Shown: positions 40,908 to 54,570 of the stretch, piece by piece
How the letters are laid out: each line of letters starts with the position of its first letter
Position numbering within the stretch: position 1 is the first letter of the stretch
Assembly (NCBI RefSeq): GCF_009914755.1
Contig: NC_060928.1
Length of the DNA stretch: 64,000 nt
Source: the human T2T-CHM13v2.0 reference genome, Homo sapiens
Strand: one strand, 5' to 3'
Made by a program: the position numbers and the translations under genes
Notes under the pieces: model-generated
The model's input: only the letters and a program-made list of their open reading frames with translations
Databases searched by the model: none
What the model was told of the DNA's origin: nothing

Positions 40908-41371
40908 TGTGCTGCATGGAATTACATCCCCCCAAAACATATGTTCAAGTCCTAACCACAGGTACCTGTGAACATGAGTTTATTTGGAACTAGGATCTTT
41001 GCAAATGTTATCAAGTTAAGATGAGGTAATACTGGATTGGGGTGGGCTCTAAATCCAATGACTGGTGTCTTCATAAAAGAAAGGTGAGGGAGAGTTGAAT
41101 ATAGCGACACAAAGGAAACACGGGGAAGGAGACCATGTGACAATGTAGGCACAGAATGGAGTGTTGCAGCCAAGCCAAGAATGGCAAGGATTGCTGGAGC
41201 TACCAGAAGCTAGGAGGAGGCAAAGGATTCTTCCCTAGAGCCTTCAGAGGGATCATGGCCTTAATGGCACCTTGAGTTCAGAATTTTAGGCTCCAGGACT
41301 GTGACAGAATAAATTCCCGTTGTAAGCTGTTCAGTCGGTGGTAAATTTTTACAGCAGCCCCAGGAAAATAT
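40908..41371 (+). mobile_element. MLT1C-like solo LTR
   Basis: ATGTTCAAGTCCTAACC...GATTCTTCCCTAGAGCCTTCAGAGGG...ACAGCAGCCCCAGGAAA. Confidence 0.85.
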
Positions 41372-41443
41372 GCCTGCTCAACACCCTACCCTGAATTTTA
41401 AGTTCATTTTATGGAATCATTTTGAGTTTGGAGTTTGATTTAA

Positions 41444-41998
<555 letters not shown>

Positions 41999-42923
41999 TA
42001 AATGAGATCACTTAAAGGTCGACTGTTGGGGCCTCCAAGGTCGCCTCGGAGACTCACCTCATAGGCAATCAAATGGATCGCTGGGTTTTTGTGTGTGTGG
42101 GTTTTTTTTGTTTATTTTTTTTTTCCAGAAAAACACTCCACCAAGAAGGTTTTTATAACCTACTGGAGGAGGAGGATGGAGAGTGGGCACGAAAGGACTA
42201 GGATGAACATGCCATAAGCAATCTAAATGCCACTGCAATATTGCCTGGTGAGGACCTGATTACTGATGTTTTAAAGCTAAGCTTTCAGTTGTCACTCCAC
42301 CCAGTAGTGAAACAATGAGCTCTAAAATATATATTTCGGCTCAAGCTTTCTTATGTGGGGAGGTAATCCACCCGAAGGTATCCCCAGCCTGTACCTAATA
42401 CAGTGCCCAGCACTAAAGCAGCTCAGATGCCAGTGAATGGTGGCCACTGGGAGGCCTGTCAGTGGGTGCCAGTAGCGGTCTCTTCAGAGAAAAAGAAAAC
42501 TCCCCTCTGCCAGATCAGTATTTTATGAGCTGTGAACCAAAACCATTGCTACCACCATCACTATAATTCTATCCACAGTAATTATCATAAAGGCCTAACA
42601 ATGCCTTGTAGATGAACATTCTGAGTAACTGCTCTATAACCAGGAGATTTAAGACCGCACCAAAAACCAGTAGAGGGTTATACTTTACTGGGCACAAGTC
42701 GTTTATGATAACGAAATTGTAGTTTAATCTGTGAAGAGATGTGAATGTAACTGAGACACGCTTAAATGGAATATACAGATGAGCTTTATTTTTATATCTG
42801 GCATGCTTGGATCCATGCCGACCCTCCAGCTGCTCGGGCCTGCCCTTAGGGGCTATGGACCGCATGACTCTATCAGCGGCACTGCCACCGCCGCCGCCTC
42901 CGTGCTGCCTGCGTTCCCCGACC

Positions 42924-42931
42924 ATTGATTG
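42924..42931 (+). promoter_or_regulatory. NFKB1: NFKB1 -94 ins/del ATTG site, insertion allele (ATTGATTG)
   Basis: CCCCGACC-ATTGATTG-GGCCCGGC. CCATTGATTGG (42922-42932) forms a PflMI site (CCAN5TGG) only in the insertion allele. Confidence 0.9.
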
Positions 42932-43254
42932 GGCCCGGCAGGCGCTTCCTGGGGGCTTCCCTACCGGCTCCAGCCCTTGGGATTCGGGAGCGCCCTGCTA
43001 GGAAGCCAGAGCCCCGCAGGGGCCGCGGCGTCCAGGCCGCCTAACGCGCGCCCCTCGCCCGGCGCCCCGAAGCGGCCCCGAGGGGCGGGAGCCGAGGCGA
43101 GCGGCAAGGCCGGGCCGGGGGCGCACAGCGCCCCTAGAAGTGCGGGCTTCCCCCACCCCCGGCAGCGACCCTACCTCCCGCCCCCGCTGCGTGCGCGCGT
43201 GTGTCCGTCTGTCTGTATGCTCTCTCGACGTCAGTGGGAATTTCCAGCCAGGAA

Positions 43255-43714
43255 GTGAGAGAGTGAGCGAGACAGAAAGAGAGAGAAGTGCACCAGCGAG
43301 CCGGGGCAGGAAGAGGAGGTTTCGCCACCGGAGCGGCCCGGCGACGCGCTGACAGCTTCCCCTGCCCTTCCCGTCGGTCGGGCCGCCAGCCGCCGCAGCC
43401 CTCGGCCTGCACGCAGCCACCGGCCCCGCTCCCGGAGCCCAGCGCCGCCGAGGCCGCAGCCGCCCGGCCAGTAAGGCGGCGCCGCCGCCCGGCCACCGCG
43501 CGCCCTGCGCTTCCCTCCGCCCGCGCTGCGGCCATGGCGCGGCGCTGACTGGCCTGGCCCGGCCCCGCCGCGCTCCCGCTCGCCCCGACCCGCACTCGGG
43601 CCCGCCCGGGCTCCGGCCTGCCGCCGCCTCTTCCTTCTCCAGCCGGCAGGCCCGCGCCGCTTAGGAGGGAGAGCCCACCCGCGCCAGGAGGCCGAACGCG
43701 GACTCGCCACCCGG
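43255..43714 (+). other. NFKB1: NFKB1 exon 1 (5'UTR); start approximate, multiple TSSs likely
   Basis: Matches my recall of the NFKB1 mRNA leader (GTGAGAGAGTGAGCGAGACAG...GACTCGCCACCCGG). Donor CGG|GTAAGC at 43714/43715. The coding ATG lies in exon 2, not seen in the window. Confidence 0.9.
43534..43548 (+). CDS. Upstream ORF Met-Ala-Arg-Arg-stop in the NFKB1 5'UTR
   Basis: GCGGCC-ATG-G Kozak context; ATG GCG CGG CGC TGA. It is the only ATG I find in 43255-43714. Translation is inferred. Confidence 0.6.
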   Translation: MARR

Positions 43715-44256
43715 GTAAGCCAAACTCGGGCGAGTGGGGGCCCGGCAGGGGACGCGTGGCCCAAGTCCTGCCGCCCAGCCCTCCGCACCCCCTCCAGCCC
43801 CACTCGGACTTCCTCATTCCTGCGCTAACCGCTGGGCTAGACCGTGGGAGGAGGTTGACAGTAGCTGAGAGGCACATGGGATTAGCGACAGCGGGGAAAG
43901 ACACATCCGGACCTCGCAGGGGCTAGTCGGCCGAAGGGCCGCGGCCGCCCGGCGGTCATTTCTCTTCACGTCCCTCCGCGGGGCGGGAACGCGAACCGAA
44001 GGGGAACTCTTACAAACTTTTAAAATCCCCAACCCCAGCCCCACCTGGGGGATGGTGAGAAGGTTGGAGTGCGCTGCGGCGCGGAGGAGAGAGGGAAGGT
44101 GGTTGGTGCAGTGCAGAACCAGATTTCACCTAAGGGCGTTCCATGAAATGAAAGCAGAAGTGCTTGTCAGTCCTCTTGGCTGGGAAAGCCCTCCCCAGCT
44201 CCCCAGAATTGAATAGGAGAGTCTATTCATCCCTCTCCTACTTCTAAAAGAAACCT

Positions 44257-44308
44257 GGCTCGCTCTCTGTCTCTCTCTCTCTCCCCCCTCCCCCCCTCCG
44301 TGCGCGCG

Positions 44309-44354
<46 letters not shown>
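44257..44354. repeat. Polypyrimidine tract followed by (GC)8(AC)18
   Basis: (GC)8 at 44302-44317 and (AC)18 at 44318-44353. Confidence 0.97.
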
Positions 44355-44355
<1 letters not shown>

Positions 44356-47300
44356 TATAGTCACCTGCTATAGGACTTGATTCTGATCCTCCGGGGCCTG
44401 GCATTTGAGAGAGAAAATAAATTACCTACCTGGATACTTAGAGCACTTTTTAGACTTGATTATGTAAAACTCTTGGACAGTGCCACCATGCATTATGCAT
44501 GACCGCTGAAACAAAAATAATGTAAAAACAAGGCCTATCCTAAATGCAAGTTTTTCTATGGTCCTTAAAAACAGACACCAGGGAATGTTTGCCCTGACTT
44601 GCTGGTTTATCCTGAAACTCAAATGGGACTTAATGATACAGGATTTAATTATCAAGATTGACATGTTCATGGACTTTGTTAAGTAGAGGTTTTCAGCATT
44701 ACAGTTTATGAAATAACCATATTTAACTCAAAGATTTTTTTATAAAGCTCATAATCTGAAAAAATGCTTATGGTATTACTAAAACATTTAATAGCTCTGG
44801 CATCAAAATATTCTACATACTGGTGATCTTTTAGTAAATAGTAAAGGTTAGGGTCAAGATATTCAATAATTTTTTTCTAGCAGAATCCCACAACTGAATA
44901 TTGTCAAGCAGTTTAAACTGCATTCGTGTTTGTTAAAACTTTAAAAGGGAAACTTAAAACTAAAGTATGTTGTTTTTCTGATTTTAATATTGTGCTTTCT
45001 AGAGATGAATCCTTTTACTGTTTGAGGCACTATAGGAATTATGTATTTAAATGTATGTATTTAAATTTGAAGCAATGTACTTTTTTGAGTTTATAAACTT
45101 GGGAAGACAGGAAATAAAAAGATTTGTTTCCTGTAGAATTTTACATTCATGATTTAATTGAATTGCTAAAATGGAAAGAACATGTACGATTAATGGAGAC
45201 TTGGAATCTGAGATTATTCATCCATATTGATACACCTGCAATTCCTAAATGCCCTCCCCTGCTTGTTTAGATAAAATGTCTTCCTGGGCTGCAGCCTACT
45301 GGACAAACTTGAACACAAAGGAACACACGTTATATGTACATTTAATACTGGAACCGAAAAGCTGCTTGCAGTGAAAAGCAAACCACTTCTAAACTCTTTG
45401 AGACTTTTTAAAGAAGGTAGTATAATCCTTTTAGGGGTTGGTGGTGATGTGAAAATCTATTATCTTTTTGCTGAAATTTCATTCTTATGTTAGGCATTGG
45501 CACTCACTTGTGCTGAGTAAATGCCCGTGTTTTTCAAACCCAGATAGTAAATACTGGGGGTATACATACAAAAATAGTCCTTCCCCTTTGTAAGCATTGC
45601 TTTGATCTTTGCACTTCCTTTTTACTCTACCTCTTAAACAAGATCTGTGTTGATTGAGTTGATTAAAGCACAATTAATCTGAAATAGGCAGAATTTTAGA
45701 TTTAGTGATTATATTCCTTACATTTCTGTTGTTACTGTTCCTGGAAACAAATTGAAGTAGTTTGAGAAACTAATATTTATGCAGGTTGTTTTAACTACAC
45801 TTTTAGACTTGCAGATAATTGATTAAGTAAGTTACTACCTTGACTTTCAGGGATTGCTCATTGTGGTAGATACGAGGTCTAGATAGGGAATTGGCAGCTA
45901 CATGAATGTTGGACTATCATTCCATCAGCAAGACCTTATTTTTACCTAATTTATGAGAGGTATTTCTCTGTTCAGAAGAGGTGAAAGTTCTGGCTTCTGG
46001 GGGGAAGTGGTTACTTCATAACCTTCAATTGGTTTGAACTTGGGAGAAGTAAGAAAAGTAGTCGATATTTTCAAACAGTAAAATAATTGTATCTGAGTTG
46101 CTGTATGGATTTTTGATGAAGTACTCAAAATGTCATCTTTTGCATCTTCGGGTCTTAGTAGATGTGCTATTCTGAGTATAGAATTGACTGCAGTAGGAAG
46201 TGTATCTGGAAATGCACAGTACTGTTGTATAACCAATAGAGTAAATTCTCAGATTATGCTCTTCTGGTCCACAGATTGATCAGAAATCACATTAACAGGA
46301 ATGGATGTCTATGCAAAATTTCTCATTAATTTTCTTACTTTTAGTAGGAAGTTTGTTTTATTCGGTTGGTCTGTTGGTTTTCTGTTTACAAGGTGAATTG
46401 TCTACAGTAGTGGGATTGTTATATTAGAAGAGAAGGAGAAGGAAAAATAGAAGTTAGTGCTAGAGGATATGTTAAGATGTTCTGCTCCTACATCTACATT
46501 TGTGTCTAATCAGCATTAATTGATGACTACGTCTTGGTAAACAGTAGACCATACTGGAGCAATTTACTCTGCTTTTTGGGAATTAGTTCTCATTTGCACT
46601 CTTGCACCTCCCATAAATACTGAACTCACTTGTAGTGTTCTTAGAGGTCAGCAATAAACCATCAAGAGCATATGATCTCTCTTTGAATTTTGTCACTACT
46701 TTGGAGACAGACAGTTTGGAAGAACTGAAGGTACTCAGCCTCAGGGAGAAAGGTTTGAACGTTTTGGCATAGTCCTGCAAGTCAGTTTGGCTCCTTGACT
46801 GTGAATTTTTTTAATCAAAAAAGATTAATATTTGAAACCACATAATTTGGACAGTTAATAGTTCTGGTAACATAACCAAGCCTTTTATCTTTGTAGTATT
46901 TCATTAATTAGTATCCAGTGCCTCACTTTTAGAAGAAAAAAAGAGAAAAAAGTAGTAACATTCTTTTAATGATGATGAAATTGCTTCATACCTTTGGTCT
47001 CTGCTGTATTAGGGGTTGTTCCTGGGTGCAAATTAATATACTGTCTTTTACATTTCCGGAGGTTGTTGACCTGGCCTTGAAGATCAGCCAACAGTTTAGA
47101 AAATAAGTTGTGCAAATTGCATTGCTACACCTCAAATAATTTAAAGCCTGACAGTTCTGTACAGAATAAGAGTCACATAAGATGTGATTTGTTAAAGATT
47201 ATAGAAATCTCAGAAGATAGATTATGGATGAAAATATTTGTTTAATTTAGAGTACTAATAATAAAAATAGTGCATTTTACATTTTAAAAAGAAAACAATT

Positions 47301-48792
47301 TTTATTGTGTCATATTTTCTGTAGTAACAAACAGAATTAATTATCAGTAATACAAATTTCATCTGCTTTAATTTATTGCCTGTTTTTGAAATTAGAATAA
47401 TGATATATTTGGTTTAATTATCCATTACAAATTGCCTTATTATTTTTCATTCATCTTTCACCATTAATCCAGAAACCTTAAAATAGCTTTTATTTTGACC
47501 CATGCCTTCAGTAGATATCAACAGACTTGAGTTCATCTATGGATCCTATTAGTTTAAACTGTGACAAATTTTGACTGCTTAAGCTTTAGAAAAGAATTTA
47601 TTCTTTAAAATAGCCAAAATTATAAAAAATGAAATAAAGAAAAAGCTGTTTGAGAGAATCAAATACTCTAGTTTAACTAAAAATAAATAATATCTAATCA
47701 ATACTGACGAAAGAAATATCTGATGCTTAGCATTGTACTTGTTGGTACATAGTAAGCAATCATTAACTGTTAAATGAATGAATGATATGAAGTTGTTGCA
47801 AAATTTTTTTTTAAATGGACAGCCATCTTCTATAAGGAACAAAAATTACATTATTTTGCTTTGCCTTCTGGAAAGAAAGGAGCACAAAATAGTCCTTGTG
47901 TCTTAGATATTATGGAAATCTTATCTAAAGACCACTTGAAGTTTACTAGAACAAATAATTTATTAAAAAGTATCTGGCGCCTTCCAAAAGGGGAACATTT
48001 CATTCTGAAAGAGGCATTTATGAACTAGAAAAAAAATGCCTTTTAGTTTCAAAGTTTTAGAGGCACCAGAGCAAGATTATAAAGTAATTGGAATGATAAA
48101 AGGTGCTTGTAAAATTGAAAAATGTAATTTTTTGGTGAAGTTAGAATTTCTGTACACTCCATTGAAACTGTAATATCAAATACTAATACCTCCAAAAAAG
48201 AAACAATGCTACAAGCACTGCTTGGTAATCTAAGAATTGTTAACACTTATCTAAATTAATCAACCAAAAAGTTAAAACAAAATATGTTATTTTGTTATGT
48301 TACCTCTAGAATTAAACACCTATCACCCATAAATCTGTGACTGTTAAAAGTTACTAGATGGCAAACCTCAGGAACAAGCAGGCAGTTAGCAGGGTTTACT
48401 GTACTTTCCACTTTCATACTTTAATGATTTTTCCAACACTATAGAAGCTGGGGCCTCATCCTAGCACAGTTTGTTCATTATTTTTCAGTTGTAGCATTTT
48501 TTAAAAGTTGGCCTTGAATTTCTGAATTGAACCATTTATTTTTTTGTGGACACAGTTTTTTAAATGAAATATACCATTTAGACTAGAAAAGAGCAAAATG
48601 CCAATACTCCCTGTCCTAGTGTCATTGTGCCCCCTGGGAACCCTAATGCAGTCCTGTGGGAAAACAACCATTTTATTGAGCGCTGCTCACTTCAGTTCAT
48701 TCTGCTTTGCTGCCACTTAGTTCTGGTTCTGACCCTGATCTCCCCTCACATCACTCACAACAAACATTCAAGTTTAAAAATTAAGTTAAAAG

Positions 48793-49019
48793 TTAGTTAC
48801 ATATATATGTAACTAATGTGTATATTAAATATACTGATATATATTAGTTACATATACAGATATGGCAACAACAAAAAAGGTTATATATATACATATTTGT
48901 AACTAATATGTATATTAAATATAATGATATATGTATAAATACATATTTGTAACTAATATAATTATATTTAATATATATTAGTTACAAATATGTATATATA
49001 ATATTTTTTGTTGTTGCCA
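48793..49019. repeat. AT-rich palindrome and inverted-repeat cluster
   Basis: Perfect 24-bp palindrome at 48793-48816. ~60-bp inverted arms at 48863-48925 and 48961-49019. Confidence 0.9.
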
Positions 49020-49375
49020 GCAAAATGAGAAAGAAATTAAATGTTAACATCTATAACAATTGCACTGTAAAGCCGTCATTGTTGAAAAGTACTCCGAAGA
49101 TTAATAGCGGCAGTGTTTGTTAAAATAATAAAATAATCCAGGCACTCTGCCTGTGACTTCCCCATGAGATGGCTTCCAGAAAAAGATAAATTTTTGTGTG
49201 TTCCCTTACGAGTTCAGTCTGCAGCTTCTGGGCATGAAGAGAAGCATAAACAAAACAAACAAGGCTCTAACTTTGTTATAATCCTTACGCTACTAGTAGA
49301 AATGTATGGACAATTCATGCATTTCATATTGGAAAATAAAGCTATTAGATTTTTCTTTGAGATGAACCTTTTTTT

Positions 49376-49528
49376 TGTAATTTATTTTTTATTTTTTATT
49401 TTTTTTCAGTAGAGATGGGATTTTGCTCTGTTGGCCAGGCTGGTCTCAAACTCCTGACCTCAAGTGATCCACCCGCCTCAGCCTCCCAAAGTGCCGGGAT
49501 TACAGGCGTGAGCCACCTAGCTTGGCCA
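49376..49528 (-). mobile_element. Left-arm-only AluS
   Basis: AGTAGAGATGGG...GACCTCAAGTGATCCACCCGCC...GGCC, with TGAACCTTTTT on both flanks. Confidence 0.85.
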
Positions 49529-51619
49529 AGGTGAACCTTTTTGATAAATGAGGCTCACTAATATTTCTAGGATTTACTTTTCACTAACTTGAACTAAAGA
49601 AAGTATAAGACCTGCATAAAGTTGAGCATACCTCTATAATGTCCCATTTTAAAAAGCAATTTGTTTTTAATGACTTTTATTTGTTAAAAGCAGTTATTTC
49701 AAAAAATTATTTTTATTATTTATCATGTCATTTGGACTGAAAATACTATACCATATTTCAGTGTTAGGGCACACCTATCCCTCTTTATCCCAGACGTCAA
49801 TTCTACCATATAACAAGTATGTAAAAAAGAAAACATAAAAGTGATGACAGACTCCCTAATCAACCTATTTATTGGTTCTAAGCCCAAGCCTGCAGTTCAT
49901 TTAAATAGTGAAAATAGATTACTTAATTGTCTTAGAAAATATGTCTTCCATGACAAGAATTTTAGGAATGAGAAAATAACTATTTTTGGATGTTTTAACA
50001 CAAATTCCCAAATCATGTTTTATTGATATTTGAAGAACCTCTTTGTCTACCAGTTCTTAAGTATAGGCTTATTTTGTAAGGCTTAAACATGTATTGGTGT
50101 TTGACTGTTAAGACTTGATCTATAACCTTCAGTGTCTTTTTCTTTTAAATGGGGTATGGACTTGGTAATGAGGCCAGAGGAGAATACCTTACAATTTATA
50201 GCATCTGCATATAATACAAGAACCTTCATGATTTATAAAATTAAAATGATGATGATGTGGAATGATGGAAGAAGCATGTGTGGGTGGCTATTTATGTAGA
50301 GGAAATTAGAAGTTGAAAGCAATGTTAAGAATTAAAATTAAATTACACTTAATTTTTTGCTCAGTTGGATAGTCAGGAAAGTACTTAAATCAGCAATTGA
50401 TTTACGTAAAATCAAAACTGAAAACTGAATATACAATCTAGGAAATAGGAAAAAAATTTTTAGTGTGTTCATACTGCTAATTTCAAACCAAGCAAAAAAC
50501 CTGGGGAACTACTTTTCAGAGGAGATGGCTTAAAATGAACCAAAAATATAGCCATTTCTCTACCCTATTCATTTAATGCATTCATTTATTATACTGCTAA
50601 TACATGATAAGGTGAATAGGTTAAGCATCGTTTGTATATGTGTATGTGATTTTAAACCTGAGTCTTTTGAAAGATTGGTCAAAGCAAAGGATAATGAAAG
50701 CATAAAGATTTAGGGGGAAGAGTCCTCTATAAAACTAAGACTTAAACTTTGTTATCAACTTGAATGTGAAGATAGAATAATCTAGAAAGTGAATGAGAAT
50801 TATAAATAAAAGGACAAATCATATATCTCATGGTTGAGAAATACAATGAGATAAATTGTATATCTCATCTCATGGAGGGTCATAATGAAAGAAGTAAGAG
50901 AGATTGCCCTTGGATAGAACCTTTCGGCAGACATTTCATAATGGATTATCATATTTTTGCTAAACTGGTAAGAATGGACTTTTCACCACATTATGAAAAA
51001 ACACTTTAGAAGTCAGTTGCGATCAAGCAAATATAAGTACCTGGGAAATTAAAATCAAAAGCACAGCAGTCCAACAATAGTCAAATGCATTTACTCACTC
51101 TCATACCATATCATAGCGTTAATTTGAGATAATGTCTTTATGGTGTCTCTTTATATATTTACTCGATTTCCCATTTAAGACATTTAACCAAATTTAAAAA
51201 GCAATCCTTAGAAACTTTAAAAATATTTCCTATTTTAAACCATTACATAATCATTTACCCTGCAGTTACAATTCTTTTTTTGTGATGGGTGGGGAAGTAT
51301 CCCATTTCTCTTAGAAAGTCTTCTGTAATAGCCAAATAGGAGTCAATCCAAGTTGCTTAGAGAGGTAGTTCAATCCTGTGTTGAAATAGATGACTTTTGG
51401 AGTAATTGTGCTATATTTACTGAGTATCTGTTGAACTGTAGGAGTCCAGTCATTCAAGGCAAGCTACAGAAATGATTTTATTGCTGAGGCACTTAAGTAT
51501 CTTCACATCTATATGCCAATATTAAATTTCTCATCATCCTTGATCCCCACCCCTTTGCACAGATTGGTATCCCCAGCACATTAGGGAATGCGGTTGTTAG
51601 CCTGTTAGGGTCCATTCAG

Positions 51620-52250
51620 TAGATTTCTCATGCCAGAAATCTAGAAGCCCTTCTTATACATTCAGCTTTCTTCTTCAGTCAGTCACCAAGTTCTATCAAG
51701 GCAGCCTCCTCATCTCCAGAATCCATCCCTTCCTCGTTGAATTTCTAGATTTTATTTTTGCATTGTCTCCTGCTTCTAACCCATCGTTCATTTCGCATAA
51801 TGGTCAGCTTTCTAAAGTGTAAATCGGATCATGTCTCTGCAGTGAATCCCAGTTGTCTTCACAAGCTGATTCTCGCACACCTCACCCCCTTACTCCCTCC
51901 GGTGTTCCCCAACCATCCCCTAATCTCAAATCCTCCACACCGACTTTCAGTTTCCTATCCACAGTTTCTGACTTTGAATGCCTTTGCTTATGCCCTCCCT
52001 GTATGAGAAGTGCCTTTTCTTTCCTAGCCATCCTGCTAACTTCTAAACCCTTAGGCCTGGTTTGAGCATCACCATTTCTCTCACTTGCCTTTCTGTTTTC
52101 TCCCTCCCCTTTCCATAAAGAGTTATGTGCCCCCATTCTGTGTTCTCCTGAATTCCTGTGGGTCCTAGAAAAGAAACATCTTGAGGGCAAGGAGTTCATC
52201 TTATTTACTTTTTATTTGCACAGCACCTGGTGTGTTTGCTGAATAAGTAA
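51620..52250 (+). mobile_element. L2 3' portion
   Basis: CAGTCACCAAGTTCT...TTGAGGGCAAGGA...TGTTTGCTGAATAAGTAAAT. Confidence 0.7.
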
Positions 52251-53319
52251 ATACCGAACAAGATATCAAGAGACAGTGCTGCCAATTAACTGTGTGGCTC
52301 TGAGCAAGTTAATTAACTTCTCTGAGTCTTATTTTTGTTCTGTAAAAAAAATGAGGTTTGACAAAATGAGCATCTCTCTCTAAAATTATGTGTTTCTTTG
52401 ATGTAATTGTATTAATTGGAAGACTTCAGATTTTCTTGCCATATCAAGATAGGTCAACTTAAGAAAAATGCATGTGAGTAAGTACCAAGCCAATTCTTGA
52501 TTATCAGTATGATAATATGAGGAACTGCCCATTTTGTCGATAATAAGTTATAATTTTTGGTCTCAGTGTAGGTTCTTTCTCAAATCCAGATGTTTCTGGT
52601 GTTGCATTTTTTCATTATTATTCAGTCTCTCGCATTCATATTTCTCCAAAGAAATTTATGGAAAACTTGAGACAAAAATTGAATGTAAAGTTTAATATTT
52701 AAATGCTAGATTGATTCAAGGTCTCACTAATTATAACTATATTTGGAGGGAGAAGAAGGGGAGGTGGTGGTAGTATGAGCTGAATCCTCCTCTGTTCCTT
52801 CCTAGAAGGAACACAACGTCCTACATCAAGAAAAAAGACAGAAGCATATCTTGGAGATATGAAAAGAACCACCAGGTAAACTAAAAAGAAAAAGAGTGTT
52901 AAAAAGTCAGCCTTTAAAAAGCAGGATTGGAGATGAGGAGGGGTGGAGTAGGGGAAGCATTGCTTGTTTATAGAAGCTCTTCCATCTTCGTATAGTGTGA
53001 TTTTTATTTTTTTATTATTTTTTCCTTCCTTTTTTTTGACCTCCAGCTTTAGTATAGTACAGTTGACAGAAATTATATATGTTTATGGTACACAAGATGA
53101 TGTTTTGATATACATATGCATTGTGAAATGATTAAATCAAGCTGATTAACATAAGTAGGGTTTTATTTCTTTAACAGTGATTTATTTGAATATATGTTGA
53201 GTCCTTTCTATGTGCCAGACACAGTTCTAAGGACAAGGCACACAGTGCCAAACAAGACAGAAATCCAGAAATTCATGGAGCTTAAATCATGTAGTCTTTT
53301 CAGTTTTTAAAATTTTCTT

Positions 53320-53618
53320 GCTGGGCGTAGTGGCTCATATCTGTAATCCCAGTACTTCAGGAGGCCGAGAAGGGAGGATTGCTTAAACCCAGGAATTTGA
53401 GACCAGCATGGACAAAATAGCGAGACCCCAGTCTCTACAAAAAATTTAAAAATTAGCTGGGCATGGTGGCACATGCCTGTGGTCCCAGCTCTTCAGGAGG
53501 CCGAGGTAGGAGGTTCACTTGAGCCTGGGAGGTTGAGGCTTCAGTGAGCAGCGATTGTGCCACTGCAGTCCAGTCTAGGCAACAAAGCAAGACTGTCTCA
53601 AAAAAGGAAAAAAAAAAT
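53320..53618 (+). mobile_element. AluJ
   Basis: GGAGGATTGCTT in the left arm; poly(A) tail. Confidence 0.9.
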
Positions 53619-54136
53619 AGAAAGAGAAACTTTATTTTTACATTAGCCTTTTTTAAGTTGAAGAATCCCATAGCTAAAAAAGTACACAAATATTAATGCT
53701 GCAACTTTAGTGATTTATCTCAAGGTGAACACGTTTAACCTAGTGGGTGGTCAAGAAATAGAACACTGGCAGCACTGCAAAAGCATCCTATCTGCCCTTT
53801 CTTAGTTAGGACCCCTTCCCTCCACTGTCATTTAAAAGATTTCACAAACAACTTTTGGATTATATGTATGTCAATTCTGTGACTCATATATATCCACATA
53901 GACAATGGAGCGTTGACTGAATGAATTCATTATTCCAAGGTGCTAATAATGAGCTTCACACCAGCGGGAACTCTGCTGTGTCAGTTGGGCTCTAAGCTCA
54001 GTTCATTTCAGATATTCCTCACTAAACAAAATACTGTTTTTCCTCAGTTGTTAGTAAAAAATAGAAAACAGATTACATTCTCATTTACTTATTACTTATG
54101 AATGTAAAAGTAAATATTTTGCTTAATACCAAGTAG

Positions 54137-54570
<434 letters not shown>

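Larger units (their letters stand above)
42800..44100 (+). promoter_or_regulatory. NFKB1: NFKB1 CpG-island, TATA-less promoter
   Basis: Abrupt rise in GC and CpG density. GC boxes (GGGGCGGG at 43082); kB-type sites GGGGCTTCCC (42952), GGGCTTCCCC (43144), GGGAATTTCC (43236); CRE-like CGACGTCA (43226); ETS CAGGAAGTG (43249). Confidence 0.93.

Noticed and set aside
42569-44404. Antisense and sense ORFs of 64-256 aa across the CpG island
   Set aside because: Stop-poor GC-rich sequence with low-complexity Ala/Gly/Arg/Pro content and no recognisable domain.
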